Below are positions 32,157-40,494 of a stretch of DNA of 64,000 nt, piece after piece. Origin of the DNA: Verrucomicrobiota bacterium (GTDB lineage: Bacteria > Verrucomicrobiota > Verrucomicrobiia > Limisphaerales > AAA164-E04); assembly GCA_047947115.1 (NCBI GenBank), contig CP170459.1, positions 864,001-928,000 on the forward strand. Reading direction: 5' to 3'. The notes under the pieces are model-generated. The model was not told the origin of the DNA and made no database searches. It was given only the letters and a program-made list of their open reading frames with translations. How positions within the stretch are numbered: the stretch's first letter is position 1; each line of letters opens with the position of its first letter. Position numbers and translations under genes: made by a program.

Positions 32157-34493
32157 TTATTGAAAATCTTCATAATTGACGCTTTGTTCTGAATATCCTT
32201 GCTGAGCTTGGTTTCCTAATTCCGTTAGAAAACGAGCGAAGCGGTCGATTTCATCCCGTGAAGCATCACGTATTCGCCCCTCTTGCCGCATAACTTTCAC
32301 TTCACTGGGAGAAGGAATGGTCACTCTCCCCTTTTCATCAACAGCGAGCGGTACCGCCTCATTAACACAATTGATCATGGTGACTTGAAGGCCTTCAAAA
32401 TTTCCTACGGGATTACCTCGACCATCCTCCAATTGCCCCTTCCTGACTCGCCTGGGAGGGGACCAATTGGGATCATCATTAATGGCCGGGTCAGTCGCGT
32501 CGTATTTGATTCGAATTTTGCGATCTTCCTCAAACTCTTTCAAAGCGCATTCCTGATACCATCCGATGTAGGGCGAGAGAAGCTTGTCCTCCCCATTCAT
32601 CAATGCTTCAAATTCAGGAGAATCACTGTGTAAACTGCCAACGTACGACATAACCTCAGTTGGCAATTCATCCAGCCATTTGATCTCTTTTAGCAGACGT
32701 ATGATCAAGCCTTCCATTTCGATCTTGCCGGTCTCAGTGGAAAACTCGGGTTTAAGCCACGCATCTTCGCATAGCATCCTTCGCAACCTCCGAAGCTGAG
32801 TCTCAGCTTCCTCTCCACAAGTAACGAATCCAAACATGCTACTCGAAACACGCTTTCCGTCGCGAATAACGTACTCGTCGGGTTCATGTTCAAACGCCGC
32901 GTGGTAATATCGGCGAAAAGCGTGAAAGCATTTCCCCACCATCACGGGATTGTGTCCTCGATCATGCTCCTTGAGAATGTTGCAGAAAGTTTCGAATGAT
33001 GAGGTGAAGCGGTTTTCGTCCTCAAAGAATTTCTTAAGGTAAGCGTGATTTGGCCCGATACCCCATTCAGTCTGGCTTCTTCTTTTCCACTGACGACGCA
33101 TTTCCACTTTCTTCTCCGGTGTCAAATGTGAACCACTAACACCATGCAGGTAAAGATAAGGCTGAGATGGATCGAAAGTCAGATTTAGATCATGGGTAGG
33201 TTTCCAAGGGAAATTAGTCTTCCAATGAGCAAGCCTTTCGGCTTCGGCTCTTCGGGCCTTTGGGTCCATGGCAATCATCCTTTGGATGACAATCGATGGC
33301 TCATCCGGACCTGCCCTATGAATGCCTCCGTTTTTTCGCAGGCGTTTGATCTCTTCCGGTGTGGGAATCGTTATGAATCCATCCGCATCTACCTCCACAG
33401 GGATCAGCTCATTTTCACCATTTATTATGCTGACCTTCAGACTGTCACATTGTTCCACGGGTTCTCCCCAATGATCCACCAATCGGCCGAGTTCGACACG
33501 CGCAGTTGGATTTGATTCAGGATCTCTCTGAATAAAGGTCCAAACGGATGCATCATGAATGCGAAACTGTCCATCCAGCTCCGCCTGCAACATTGCACTT
33601 TCTTGATACCAACCGACGTAAGGCGTCAGTAATTGTTCCTCACCATTGACCAAAGCCTGATATTGAGGAGACTCTTTGTTTATTCCCACCAAGTAATTCA
33701 TGATGTTCTTCGGAAGATCATCCATTTCCGGAATTTCCGTCACCAAACGACTGATGAGACTTTCTACCTCAGCCTTACCCGCTGCGGTAGCAAATCGCGG
33801 ACGAAGCCAATCCCAATGACTCAGGTGCCATCTTAGTGAGCCAAGTGTCCCCTCAACCCGATCCGCCCACGTCATATAACCGAACCGCCCCTTCGGAGCC
33901 CGCGATTCATCTGAAGGAAAATATTCGTCCGGTTCGTGTTTAATGACAGCTTCAAAATAGAATCGGAAGGCCTGGAAGGACTCTCCCACCATGGCAGGAT
34001 TATGCCCCCGACCATGTTCCTTGAGTATCTGGTAGAACTTTTGAAACTGGGGCGTGAACCGAATATCATCCTTGAAAAATCCACGAAGAAACCAATGGCT
34101 GCGCCCAATGGAACTCTCAGTCTGGCCTCTCCTTTCCCAAAGACGATGAATCCTTCTATTATCTTCTTGAGTCACCTTCGATATATCATAGGTAAGTAAA
34201 TAATTGTAAGGCTGGGAGGCATCGAAAATCAGCGTGGGGTCATGAGTCGGTTTCCAGGGGAAATTTTCTTTCCAGTTGGCAAGCCTTTTCGCTTCAAGCT
34301 GCCTAGCTTCCTCGCTCAATGGATTCGATGAGATAGAAGTTTTGGGTACTTGTCCCAAATGGAGGGTTTCATTGGGAAATGCTTTATGGTAATTTGAATG
34401 AAATGTCCCCACCCACAACCACACAACCGAGACTGTGATTAACAGGACTGCCATGATCGCGATCAAGTACTGCGGTTTTGTTAGCTGTTTCAT
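32157..34493 (-). CDS. Unknown-family membrane-anchored paralog B3 with two tandem domain copies
   Basis: N-terminal TM; RLANWKENFPWKPTHD and RLAHWKTNFPWKPTHD; RGHNP twice; PYVGW and PYIGW. Confidence 0.85.
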   Translation of the reverse strand: MKQLTKPQYLIAIMAVLLITVSVVWLWVGTFHSNYHKAFPNETLHLGQVPKTSISSNPLSEEARQLEAKRLANWKENFPWKPTHDPTLIFDASQPYNYLLTYDISKVTQEDNRRIHRLWERRGQTESSIGRSHWFLRGFFKDDIRFTPQFQKFYQILKEHGRGHNPAMVGESFQAFRFYFEAVIKHEPDEYFPSDESRAPKGRFGYMTWADRVEGTLGSLRWHLSHWDWLRPRFATAAGKAEVESLISRLVTEIPEMDDLPKNIMNYLVGINKESPQYQALVNGEEQLLTPYVGWYQESAMLQAELDGQFRIHDASVWTFIQRDPESNPTARVELGRLVDHWGEPVEQCDSLKVSIINGENELIPVEVDADGFITIPTPEEIKRLRKNGGIHRAGPDEPSIVIQRMIAMDPKARRAEAERLAHWKTNFPWKPTHDLNLTFDPSQPYLYLHGVSGSHLTPEKKVEMRRQWKRRSQTEWGIGPNHAYLKKFFEDENRFTSSFETFCNILKEHDRGHNPVMVGKCFHAFRRYYHAAFEHEPDEYVIRDGKRVSSSMFGFVTCGEEAETQLRRLRRMLCEDAWLKPEFSTETGKIEMEGLIIRLLKEIKWLDELPTEVMSYVGSLHSDSPEFEALMNGEDKLLSPYIGWYQECALKEFEEDRKIRIKYDATDPAINDDPNWSPPRRVRKGQLEDGRGNPVGNFEGLQVTMINCVNEAVPLAVDEKGRVTIPSPSEVKVMRQEGRIRDASRDEIDRFARFLTELGNQAQQGYSEQSVNYEDFQ

Positions 34494-34517
34494 TGAAATG
34501 CTCTAGGATATTCCTGC

Positions 34518-35765
34518 CTATTTAGGCGGTTGACTCATTTCCATGATTTTCTGGATGATGGGTGAAGCTTCATCCAAAGTGGCAGGCCTGACATCACCGT
34601 TCTGGCGCATAAGCTCGACCTCCTGGGGCGTGGGTAATGAAATACTCCCATCGTCCTCGACAACGACCGACACCCGCTCACCACGTTCATTAATGAGGGC
34701 TATCTCTCCGCTTTCTGACCATTTGACGGGATCTCCGTCTTTGTCGACAAGTTGACCGTTTATGATATCGACTGGTGGAAACAACTCCGGCATTGCTGCC
34801 TTGAGGAATGGATCCCCCTGTTCATAGCTTGTTTGAAATTGCCTTCTTTGTTCGCCTTCCATCATGGCATGTTCTTCTGTCCATCCAACATAAGGCACCA
34901 AGAGTTCCTCTTCTCCGGAAATTACACCTGCTGCTTCAGGATTAGTAGAATTCATACCACTTACTATCGCGTACTCCATGACGTCAACGGGCAGTTTATC
35001 CAAACCTTCTACTTCACCAAGCAGACGTTCAATCAATGCAAAAGCATCAGCTCTTCCCTCATCGGAAAGGAATCCTGGACGATGCCATCTTGACGTAATG
35101 AGTTTAACATGAAGTGAACCCAGAAGCTTATCTGCATATTGGCCCCATGTTTTGACTTTGAGACGTCGTATTGGAATGTTATCGCTTTCATTGATTTCAT
35201 CGTTTTCACCGTGTTCGTATGCCGCGTGGTAATAGCTTCGTAGTGAGTGAAAAACGGCTGCTGCTGCTACGGGATCATGCCCGCGATCATTTTCTTCAAG
35301 TATTCGGTAAAACTTCTCAAATTGAGGAGAAAATCGTGATTCATCATCAAAAAAGTTTTTCAATACATAATGATTGGCTCCGGTAAACATATCTGTCGCA
35401 CTCATAGGTCCCGGCCTTTTGCTTTCTGCCAAGTAACGACCTGGATCAGATTTAAGATATGGATCATGAGTTGGTTTCCACGGAAAATTGACTTTCCAAT
35501 TCCACAACCTTTCACTCTCTGTATCATGGTTTTGGCTTGTAGAAGCGCCTGGGTTCAATGCAATGCCCGGAAAAGAAGGATTGAATTTCCTATGCTGGTA
35601 ACGGTTTGTTTGTACTGAATCATCTTGATTCAGATTTCCCCTGTTTGTATTAGATGTGATTGACTGCCTTTGTACGAAATTTTGAAATGAGAGCAAAAGG
35701 ACAAGTATTAGCCCTCCCAAACCGCACATGAAAACAATCATTTTCAGCATTTTGTTGTTTTCCAT
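34518..35765 (-). CDS. Unknown-family membrane-anchored paralog B2
   Basis: N-terminal TM; RLWNWKVNFPWKPTHD, RGHDP, LLVPYVGW, C-terminal NGQLVD module. Confidence 0.85.
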   Translation of the reverse strand: MENNKMLKMIVFMCGLGGLILVLLLSFQNFVQRQSITSNTNRGNLNQDDSVQTNRYQHRKFNPSFPGIALNPGASTSQNHDTESERLWNWKVNFPWKPTHDPYLKSDPGRYLAESKRPGPMSATDMFTGANHYVLKNFFDDESRFSPQFEKFYRILEENDRGHDPVAAAAVFHSLRSYYHAAYEHGENDEINESDNIPIRRLKVKTWGQYADKLLGSLHVKLITSRWHRPGFLSDEGRADAFALIERLLGEVEGLDKLPVDVMEYAIVSGMNSTNPEAAGVISGEEELLVPYVGWTEEHAMMEGEQRRQFQTSYEQGDPFLKAAMPELFPPVDIINGQLVDKDGDPVKWSESGEIALINERGERVSVVVEDDGSISLPTPQEVELMRQNGDVRPATLDEASPIIQKIMEMSQPPK

Positions 35766-35785
35766 AAATCACCCTTCCATAGATT

Positions 35786-36289
35786 TCAAAGGTTTTTGTC
35801 ATCCAATACATATGTATACTTCTTGTTAACCCAATTGGTTGTTGTGATCAGAAGTGGATTAATGACATTGTTTTGATTATCAAGGTTGGAAACTGGCGTT
35901 TCCTCTGCTTTAACCGAAGATTTGACCAAGTTTGTATGCCACCAATATTGTTTTCCGCCTGAGACTCCGACATCTGATATTAAACACGATTCAGGGCAAA
36001 CAGGTTCAGATTTATAGTCATATTTGTAAGCGGGAAAACCTATAGCTTTCTTATGACTTTCCCATCCTTCCTTCACCCAAGTTCCGTTGTCGGGATGATT
36101 GAGGTCATTGATATCATCGGCCTGGTTGGACCAGCATGCAACTTGCCCCCAGGTAATAAAAGTTCCTCCAACTTCAAGATGACGAAATACCTTTTGTCCA
36201 GCAGCCACCCATAACCAAACAACCGCAGCTGCGACAAAACTCACCGCTAAGTTCGCGGTCAAATACAGTGGTTCGGGTAATCGTTTCAT
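35786..36289 (-). CDS. Small exported protein A2 (possibly eroded)
   Basis: Hydrophobic N-terminus and GGTFITWGQV motif shared with 37597..38643; tightly spaced between B1 and B2. Confidence 0.7.
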   Translation of the reverse strand: MKRLPEPLYLTANLAVSFVAAAVVWLWVAAGQKVFRHLEVGGTFITWGQVACWSNQADDINDLNHPDNGTWVKEGWESHKKAIGFPAYKYDYKSEPVCPESCLISDVGVSGGKQYWWHTNLVKSSVKAEETPVSNLDNQNNVINPLLITTTNWVNKKYTYVLDDKNL

Positions 36290-36313
36290 TGATAACCTTT
36301 AAAAGGTATCTGA

Positions 36314-37582
36314 CTACTGGGCCGGTTGTTCCATTTCCATGATACTTTGAATAATAGGAGCAGCCTCTTCCATCGTGGCAGGCCGAATATCACCTCTCTG
36401 ACGCATGAGCTCAACCTCCTCGGGCGTGGGCAACGAAACACTCCCGTCGTCTTCAACGATGACAGGTATTCGCTCTCCACGTTCGTTAATAAGAGCCATC
36501 TGCCTGCTTTCTGACCATTTGACAGGATTATCGTCCTTGTCCACTAACTGACCATTCTTTATATCGACGGGTGGAAATAACTCCGGGGCGGCTTCTTTAA
36601 GAGATGGGTCACCTTGTTTAAAATCCATTTCGAATTGCCGGTTTTGAATTCCTTCATAAACCTGGCTCTGTTCGAACCAACCAACATATGGCACTAACAT
36701 TTCCTCTTCACCATTCCGTATGGATTGATAGTCTGGAGACTGATCGCTCATTCCGGTGCCGTATGCCATCACATCAAGAGGGAGATTCTCCAGCCCTTGG
36801 ATTTCCGTGACCAACCGTTTGATCAACGCATTGGCTTCGGCCTTTCCTGCGTCTGTTCCAAACTTAGGATTCAACCATTCCCAATGTCTTAACCAACCGC
36901 GCAGGCTTTCATACAGCTCATTTGACTTGTCTCCCCATGTAACGTAGCCGAAGAGTCCTTTTCGAATCCGTTTTCCATTTCTTTGAATGTATTCACTTGG
37001 TTCGTGCTCATATGCCGCGTGGTAGTATTGGCGCAAAGCCCAGAAACAGCTCCCTGTCATTACAGGATTGTGCCCGCGTTCATGGTCTTTGAGTATCCTG
37101 CAAAACTTTTCAAACTGGGGGGTGAATCTATTCTTGTCTTGAAAAAATTTCTTGAGAAAGGAGTGGTTCACTCCAGCGGCCATTTCTGAATTGCTTTGAT
37201 GTTTCCAGAAAGCGCTCAGGTCGTCACGTTGCTGATCTGTAAAATCTGTTGCATCCACTCCATTTAAAAACTGGTAGGGTCGCAACGGATCATAGATCAC
37301 TTTAGCATCATGCGTCGGCTGCCACGGAAAATTTTCTTTCCATGATTGCAATCTCTGCTCTTCCAAAAGTTTTTCCTTTTCGCTGAGCAAAGAAGGTTCC
37401 ATTAACTTTTTATAGCTGCTTTTACTTTGGGGCTGGATTTGATTGTCAGACAATTCAATTGTAGATCCTGCTTCCCTTCCGGAGGCAAACTCAAAACCAA
37501 CTTTATTCAAGTAGAAAACACCAATCAAACAAATGACCAATGTCGTTGAAACAACCACATATTGATTAACTTTTCGTTTCAT
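36314..37582 (-). CDS. Unknown-family membrane-anchored paralog B1
   Basis: N-terminal TM; RLQSWKENFPWQPTHD, RGHNP, MLVPYVGW, C-terminal NGQLVD module. Confidence 0.85.
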   Translation of the reverse strand: MKRKVNQYVVVSTTLVICLIGVFYLNKVGFEFASGREAGSTIELSDNQIQPQSKSSYKKLMEPSLLSEKEKLLEEQRLQSWKENFPWQPTHDAKVIYDPLRPYQFLNGVDATDFTDQQRDDLSAFWKHQSNSEMAAGVNHSFLKKFFQDKNRFTPQFEKFCRILKDHERGHNPVMTGSCFWALRQYYHAAYEHEPSEYIQRNGKRIRKGLFGYVTWGDKSNELYESLRGWLRHWEWLNPKFGTDAGKAEANALIKRLVTEIQGLENLPLDVMAYGTGMSDQSPDYQSIRNGEEEMLVPYVGWFEQSQVYEGIQNRQFEMDFKQGDPSLKEAAPELFPPVDIKNGQLVDKDDNPVKWSESRQMALINERGERIPVIVEDDGSVSLPTPEEVELMRQRGDIRPATMEEAAPIIQSIMEMEQPAQ

Positions 37583-37596
37583 ACCGGAACAAGAGG

Positions 37597-38643
37597 TCAG
37601 TCATTTGAAAGTTCCGTAGCATACGGAACGTAATTTAGGTTTTGTTGGATCTGTCCTCCTTTTTCTTCGATATCCCCAAATCTGTTTCCAAACCGATCAA
37701 CTTCTTGCACTTGTATCAGTGCTGTTGAATACGTCACATTTCGGTTCCAAACGATATCCATCCCCCCGTTAACGCGCTCCCATGCAATTCGATGATGCGA
37801 TGGGCACAGTTTTTTCGGAACAGTCTTATCCTCGTACCCAGGAAACCAAATTTCTACCGGCTTTTGAGTAAGCATATCACCACTTGCCCAACGACTGCCA
37901 TACTGGTCGGTTATCCATTCTAATTTTTGGAGTTTGAAATGAACTTTTGCAGTGTATCCCATTCCGAGTGCCTTTGCTTGGTTTACCAATTCACCATCCA
38001 ACGCAACTCCAAACCATTCAGGATTCCAAACGTCAGATTCAATGTCGACATCAGGGTATTCAAACTTTGTTGATTCACCATAAGTGAACCAATACCCACC
38101 CTGTTCCCATTCATCTTCCAAAGGCCAAAAAAAAGTTTTCTTTTGAGCTGCTCCAACTAAACCCGTCACCCATTCGAACCTCGACTTATCCCAGTATTCC
38201 GGCATGTACGCTCGTCCCTTGAGGTCTGGATTTACTTTATGTTCCCCTTCTTCTTCATCCCATTCGATGAATATCCAATCAATGTATGTCACCCCATAAT
38301 TGGCTCGATCTCTTACTGAAAAATTCGCAGTTTCCACCGATTCCCCATATGCCACACCTTCATATATGCTCGAATTCCTCATCCTTTCATAGGAAATCAA
38401 ATTTGGACGTGCTCGCAATTTTGAATCCGTGCTATCTGGTTTAAAAATTTCGCGGTATAGTTGTCCGTACGTAATCATAGTACCAGCACCACTAATAATT
38501 CTGTATGCCCACCCAACAGCACTACCCTCACCCACCAACCATGGTCCTGCTACAATCGGAGCTGCAGAATAGATGCTAACAGTGGCCAGCAGTGAGACCA
38601 CCACCATTGTAATAACCTTTTTTGATTGGATGATGTGTTTCAT
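37597..38643 (-). CDS. Secreted hypothetical protein A1
   Basis: Start at ATG 38643 (MKHIIQSKKVITMVVVSLLATVSIYS signal peptide); GAGTMITYGQL motif; Trp/Tyr-rich body. Confidence 0.8.
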   Translation of the reverse strand: MKHIIQSKKVITMVVVSLLATVSIYSAAPIVAGPWLVGEGSAVGWAYRIISGAGTMITYGQLYREIFKPDSTDSKLRARPNLISYERMRNSSIYEGVAYGESVETANFSVRDRANYGVTYIDWIFIEWDEEEGEHKVNPDLKGRAYMPEYWDKSRFEWVTGLVGAAQKKTFFWPLEDEWEQGGYWFTYGESTKFEYPDVDIESDVWNPEWFGVALDGELVNQAKALGMGYTAKVHFKLQKLEWITDQYGSRWASGDMLTQKPVEIWFPGYEDKTVPKKLCPSHHRIAWERVNGGMDIVWNRNVTYSTALIQVQEVDRFGNRFGDIEEKGGQIQQNLNYVPYATELSND

Positions 38644-39046
38644 TTTGTTCCTTTGTTTTTCGTTTTTAAATTTGATCAGATCACAGCTCCGCTGGCGTAG
38701 TTCTGCACAGCAGAGTACGTTGATTGAAATTGATTCATTGCTCCGTTTTTTCCGTATGTTCCAGTTGCTGGAACCTGGTGGCTTGATCACCTTGTGTCGG
38801 GCTATTCAGGCAGGACCCGAGATACGGTAAAGCAATAACCAAGCAGTAATGCTACTGTGGAATGGTGTCAATGGGAAAAGTGACTTTTTGCTACAAATTT
38901 ACATAACCGCTAACACACTTGCTACAGGCAAGTTCCACGATATATTAAAATCTTTTGTACTTTCTAATCACAATGTCGGTTTTTCAGACTTATGTCGCCT
39001 TTTTGAACCGATTGTTAGATAATAGGGAAACGGTTTCACACTTTGC

Positions 39047-39138
39047 CTCACACTAAGTCACGAAGCCACAAAGAATCAGGTTTTGATAAAAATATTGAGT
39101 TCCCTTTAAATACTTCGTGACTTTGTGCCTTGTGCGAG
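39047..39138. repeat. Imperfect inverted repeat (REP-like) at the gspE stop
   Basis: ctcacactaagtcacgaagccacaaag at 39047-39073 versus reverse complement of 39113-39138, ctcgcacaaggcacaaagtcacgaag. Confidence 0.6.
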
Positions 39139-39139
39139 A

Positions 39140-40381
39140 TCACTTATCGGTTGGGATGGAACGGATGATTTCTTCCAGGGGGGTTTCGCCGCGGATGACG
39201 CGCTCGATGCCGGCTTGCCAGAGGGTTTTCATGCCTCGTTCGATGGCTATGTCCTGGAGTTTGCGGGTGGGGAGTTTGTCCATGATGGCTTCGCGCATGG
39301 TTTCGTCGACTTCGAGCATTTCAGTGACAGAGGCTTGTCCACTGAATCCGGTTCCCGCGCAATGTTCGCATCCTCCTCCGTTACGTAAACTGGCTTCTTC
39401 CAGGAGCGTGTCGGGTATCAGTTTTTGATATGAAACTTCGGGTTGGTAGGGTTGGGCACAGTAGGGACAGGTGGTTCGGATGAGGCGGAGTCCAAGAACG
39501 CCAATCACGCTGGATGCCAGAAGAAAGGGTTCGATCTTCATGTTGATCATGCGCGCAAAGACCCCGGCAGTGCTGCCGCTGTGAATGGTGCTGATGACCA
39601 GGTGCCCGGTGAGTCCGGCCTGCACCGCGATGTTGGCCGTTTCCGCATCGCGGATCTCACCGACCATGATGACCTGTGGATCCTGTCGCATCAGGGATCG
39701 CAGAGCGACCGGATAGGTGAATTCCTTGGCGTGGTGGATCTGGGCCTGACTTATCATGGGCAGGTTGTATTCCACCGGATCTTCCACCGTGCTGATGCTG
39801 ATGGCCGGTCCGTGTTTTTCAACCAGGTGCGTCAATGCGGCGTAAATGGCGGTGGTCTTACCAGATCCGGTCGGGCCGGTGAGGAGGATCATGCCGCTGG
39901 GTTTGGAGAGCAGTTGTTTCATGCTATCCAAAGTGGATGCTTCGAATCCGAGGTCGTCCAGATTGAAGCTGCGTCGGTTGGGATCAAAGATGCGGATGAC
40001 GATTTTCTCCCCACGCAAAACGCCCCCTTGATGATTCCCCCGAACTACAGGAAAGAAGGACATGCGAAGTTCGACGCCCCCCATCTCCTGCCCTGTCTGT
40101 GCATGCCCTTCCTGAGGGCGGTCCATTTCGTAACTGACCAGATTGGCCATGACTTTGAGCCGGCCTCCGACCTTCTCCATGAGTTCGACCGGCAGATGCA
40201 ACAACTCCTGCAACACCCCTTTCAACCTTATCCGCACGACCAGACTGGCATCCCAGGGTTCGATGTGGATGTCACTGGCACCGGATTCGATGGCATCGCT
40301 GATCATCAGGTCCACCAAGCGCGTGATTTCGAGCGACTCCACGGAGTCCGCTGACTGAAGATATTCGGAGGCCTTGTTCAT
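39140..40381 (-). CDS. GspE/PulE/PilB-family secretion ATPase without the long N-terminal domain
   Basis: ASDIHIEP, GPTGSGKTT, TVEDPVEY, RQDPQVIMVGEIRD, TGHLVISTIH, CPYC..CEHC. Confidence 0.92.
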   Translation of the reverse strand: MNKASEYLQSADSVESLEITRLVDLMISDAIESGASDIHIEPWDASLVVRIRLKGVLQELLHLPVELMEKVGGRLKVMANLVSYEMDRPQEGHAQTGQEMGGVELRMSFFPVVRGNHQGGVLRGEKIVIRIFDPNRRSFNLDDLGFEASTLDSMKQLLSKPSGMILLTGPTGSGKTTAIYAALTHLVEKHGPAISISTVEDPVEYNLPMISQAQIHHAKEFTYPVALRSLMRQDPQVIMVGEIRDAETANIAVQAGLTGHLVISTIHSGSTAGVFARMINMKIEPFLLASSVIGVLGLRLIRTTCPYCAQPYQPEVSYQKLIPDTLLEEASLRNGGGCEHCAGTGFSGQASVTEMLEVDETMREAIMDKLPTRKLQDIAIERGMKTLWQAGIERVIRGETPLEEIIRSIPTDK

Positions 40382-40494
40382 GTTGTTTATCAATCGTTGT
40401 TTTGCTATAAATGCGAGCACAAAATGTGCCGGTTATTGCCATGCTTTGTCGTAATTACCTATTTCGTAATCCCACTGGATCAAATCTTTGTCAC

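Noticed and set aside
31121..38643. Prophage or ICE interpretation of the island
   Set aside because: No integrase, structural, relaxase or replication genes, and no tRNA or att repeat seen.
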